64,000 bases of DNA from contig CM075991.1 of assembly GCA_038087875.1 (NCBI GenBank), forward strand, positions 1,054,001 through 1,118,000, in the 5' to 3' direction. Positions 60,569-64,000 of this stretch are shown in pieces (position 1 is the stretch's first letter; the number at the start of each line of letters is the position of its first letter). The position numbers were made by a program, and so were the translations under genes. Below the pieces are notes generated by a model. It had not been told where the DNA came from. It saw only the letters and a list, made by a program, of their open reading frames with translations, and did not search any database. This stretch comes from Malacoraja senta (Eukaryota).

Positions 60569-63500
60569 AAATAGGAAGATTAAATGAGAACTTACCAGTT
60601 TGAAGTTTGATCTTTATTTTATGAGAAGTTACGATGAGGGATTACGTGAAGAAGCCCGCCAGCCCGCATTGCCTTCAAAGCAGCGGTGTGAAATCACAGG
60701 AAACAGTTGCTGAACTGATTATAGGAAGATTCGAGAACTAGAACTACCACATAATCTTTATGAGAAGAGGGTTGGGAGCAGAGGGCACGTAATCCCTCAT
60801 CGTAACTTCTCATAAAATAAAGATCAAACTTCAAACTGGTAAGTTCTCGTTTAATCTTCCTATTTTACTTCGAAGTCATGTGAGTGACAATGTGAAGACT
60901 TTAAAGCTCTGTGATTTCATGCCGCGAACACGAGTCCATGCAACACACTGCATTAGTTGACCAGAAATGATTGAAAAGATAATGCATTCAGACATGACAT
61001 AGCTTTAAAACATGCTGATGCTTTTAAAAAACAAATGATAATAATAATAGTGATCGCTTATAGCTGGGAAAGCAAATTATTGAATAGAACTTGAAATTGG
61101 GTTGGTGAACGAACCCGGCCTGGCAATCAGTTTATTATAAAAGGTTTGGAAAGTCCGCTCATTCGACCATCCTGCTGTCGCTAGGATGCGGTCCAGTGGA
61201 ACCTCCATGAACCTGATGTTATTGCAGCCCTGGTGGAGTGAGATTTAAAAACATCAGTGTTCACTCCTGCACAAGCCAATACATATCTAAACCATCTGGA
61301 GATGGTCTGCACTGAAAACCTCTTGTGTGATTTTTTGTGGCTAACGAACATTGCCTGCTCAGTGCCTCTAAGGTTCATTATAGCCGTAAAATATTGATGA
61401 ATATGTGTGACAACACACAATCTATGGGCCATAGGATATGCCAGAAATTCCAGCTTTAGACCCAACGGTCTGCTTTGTTTAATTAGCTCATTTACATAGA
61501 ACGTTATTTTGTTGGAAGATATAACCATTCTGTACAGCCGTAGCTTATGCAACGACTGGACGCATTGCGCTGAAACCAGCGCCATGAGCATTACTACCTT
61601 ATATGAGAGCCGGGCCAAAGATAAGGATGTAGCTGGAGCCCACCGGCGAAGTAGTGTTAACACAATGTTAACATCCCATACCGTGTACCTGGGCCTGGGA
61701 GGATTTGTGTTAAAGATATCCTTCATAAATCTGGATATCAGAGGGTGAGCCGACAGAGTGGGTCCCGATCCCAGCAGCAAATATGATGACAAGGCACTTT
61801 TGGCACAGTTAATGGCACTATAACTTAATTTCCCGTCAAAGAACCATTTGAAAGGAACTCCAAGACGTCAGTTATCCGTGCCGTATTATATGTTATATTA
61901 GAATTTAAACAAAAACACTTCCCATCTCCTGATGTAGGAAATGTACTGCTTCTTGGTGCTATCCCTCCAAGCTGCAGTGATCATGTCCACGGTTCGGTCT
62001 GACAACCCGAGCCCCAGGAACGGTCTTCGTAGAGTCTACAAATCAATAAATTGATTCTATCATGCAGAGGGTGGGCTTCCCGAGTCACGGGATGAACCAG
62101 CAAATGTTTGTGTTTAGAAACAACCATATAAGGTTCTATTATCATTCCCAACATCAGCGGGAACCATGGCTGCGTCAGGCACTACCAAAATGCCTGAAGC
62201 GGAATCTTGCTGGATTTTTTGCAAGACCCGACTGACAAGGCCAAATGGAGGAAAGGCATAAAAGAACATTCCTCCCCAGTGTAGCGAGAATGCATCTATC
62301 GCCACTGCCCCTGGGTCTGGCTCCCATGCAACATATTTTGGCAATTGGTGATTGAGCCTAGATGCAAACAAATCAATATTTGTTTGCATCTATACTGTTC
62401 CATACCGAGCAACAATGTCGTTAAATACTTTGTGATCCAACATCCATTCTGTGTTGTCATTAAATTTGCGTGACCTGGTGTCCGCCACCATGTTGAACCT
62501 ACTTGGCAACTAGGTAGCTGAAATCCAAATGCTTTTTTCCCCCCATACACCAGTGCCAAATGAGGTTAGCTAAACTATCACAGAATACTGACTTGATTCC
62601 ACCCATGTGATTAATATATGCCACCGCTGTAGTGTTATCAATTTGTGGTTGAACATGCAGATTATGCATATTCCCACAATAAGCCTTTAATCCATAGAAT
62701 GCCCCCAGCAACTCCAGGTAGTTGATACCATCTTTGAGCACTAGCATCAGTTTGTAATATAACTGAAGGTTTACTGACCAAAATGTTACTGGAGCAATGC
62801 TGAATATTGGTCGTCCACCATTGTAATTCTGATATAGCTTCAGCTGGTAATAGCATAGGTCTGTTAAAATGACCTAAATGGTACTTGAGAGCTTGCTCCT
62901 TTGCACGTTGTAAATTCTGATAATGCAAAGGCCCAAATTGTGCAGCTGGAAAAACAGCCACTATTTTGCCAATTACACTAGCCACCTGGCGAATAGAAGG
63001 CTGCTTCATAACAACAAGGTTGTTACAGGCTTCTATTGATTCTAATCTCTTGCCCCAGGGCAGAATCACAGACATATTAATAGAGTTAATGGTAAATCTC
63101 AAATAATTAATAACTCTAGTTGGTATCAACTTGGATTTAACTGGATGGATGAGAAACTCCAATTTCTCAAAAATGAGTTTCGTGGCTGAAACAGCTAATT
63201 TAGCCAATTTTAGCGTTTTCCTATGATTAGAATATCATCCAGTTAGGCCATACAATGTGTTTTTGAGCTCTAAGCAGCCCAAGCACCGGCTTTAATAATT
63301 TGGTAAATATCCTGGGGCTGGTTAACCCATTAGGCAACGCTTTAAACTGCCACAGTTGCCCCATCCAGCTAAATTTCAAATATCTCCAGTGATCCCTGTG
63401 AATGGGCACCGAATAGTATGCATCTTTGAGATCGATGCATGCCATAAAGCATCCTTTGGAAATCAGTTGTTTGGCTGTAACGAAGTTTTCCATTTAAAAA

Positions 63501-64000
63501 TGTCTATACTGCAAATGAGAGTTAAGTTATGTTAAATCAAGGATGATCCGACATCCTACATCTTTCTTTTGTCTAGAGAATATATTGGAGACGAATTGGT
63601 GATGTTCATGACTTGACTTCTCGATTACCCCTTTTGTGTATAATGTGTGAATTTCAGCTTGTATATCCAAACCTTCTTGTTTGGAGTGAACAAATGCCCG
63701 GCTTGATGTATGTTGTGTGGGTGGCAATGATTTGGGAAGAAATTCAATTTGGAACCCTTGTATACTGTGCAGTATAAACGGATCTGATGTTATACATCCC
63801 ATTTGTGCAAAAACAAGTGCAATCTACCACCAACTTGTAACTGGTCCGCACACCCCATGTTCCGGAAAGAACCAGACCCACCTACCTCCACGGTTACCGG
63901 TGGTCTTATGGAGGCCCAAAGGCCCCTGATGCGGGTTCTATTTCCGTCCTCGAGGTTTGGAGGGTAGGATTGCTAGGGTGCGTGGATTGCACATTTTCCA
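60569..64000 (-). mobile_element. Second DIRS1 element (3' part; runs off the window)
   Basis: Terminal extension and ICR at 60569-60900 are related to 57034-57378. YR 61181..61792 (HSTRAA), MT 62114..62389 (IDLFASRLN, YAFPPF), RH 62499..63207, RT 63227..63802. Confidence 0.95.

Overview
Eukaryotic, repeat-saturated, apparently intergenic or intronic DNA. I could not support any host protein-coding gene. The repeat landscape (CR1 LINEs, tRNA-headed V-SINEs of the HE1 type, Penelope remnants) suggests a cartilaginous fish such as a skate or ray; this is an inference. The window is a stack of nested mobile elements: many CR1 and Rex1/Babar-like LINE fragments, an L2/Crack-like fragment, at least six SINEs, a deleted Penelope element plus about a dozen solo Penelope termini carrying hammerhead-type motifs, a full-length but dead IR/DR Tc1, an hAT derivative, PIF/Harbinger MITEs, a DNA element with a 7-bp TSD, a four-unit nested Helitron array, one complete and one partial DIRS1 tyrosine-recombinase retrotransposon, a mini LTR element with an antisense Gypsy RT fragment, and a multi-kb inverted segmental duplication. 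Top findings: (1) a ~142-bp retroposon whose 5' end is exactly a 54-nt minimal HDV-like ribozyme; (2) three 22-29-bp CAAAGAT...ATCTTTG inserts between 8-bp duplications that look like P-element-type excision footprints; (3) Helitrons that repeatedly insert 4 nt inside their own 5' end, leaving a stack of TAGA stubs. Boundaries of old, degenerate fragments are approximate.
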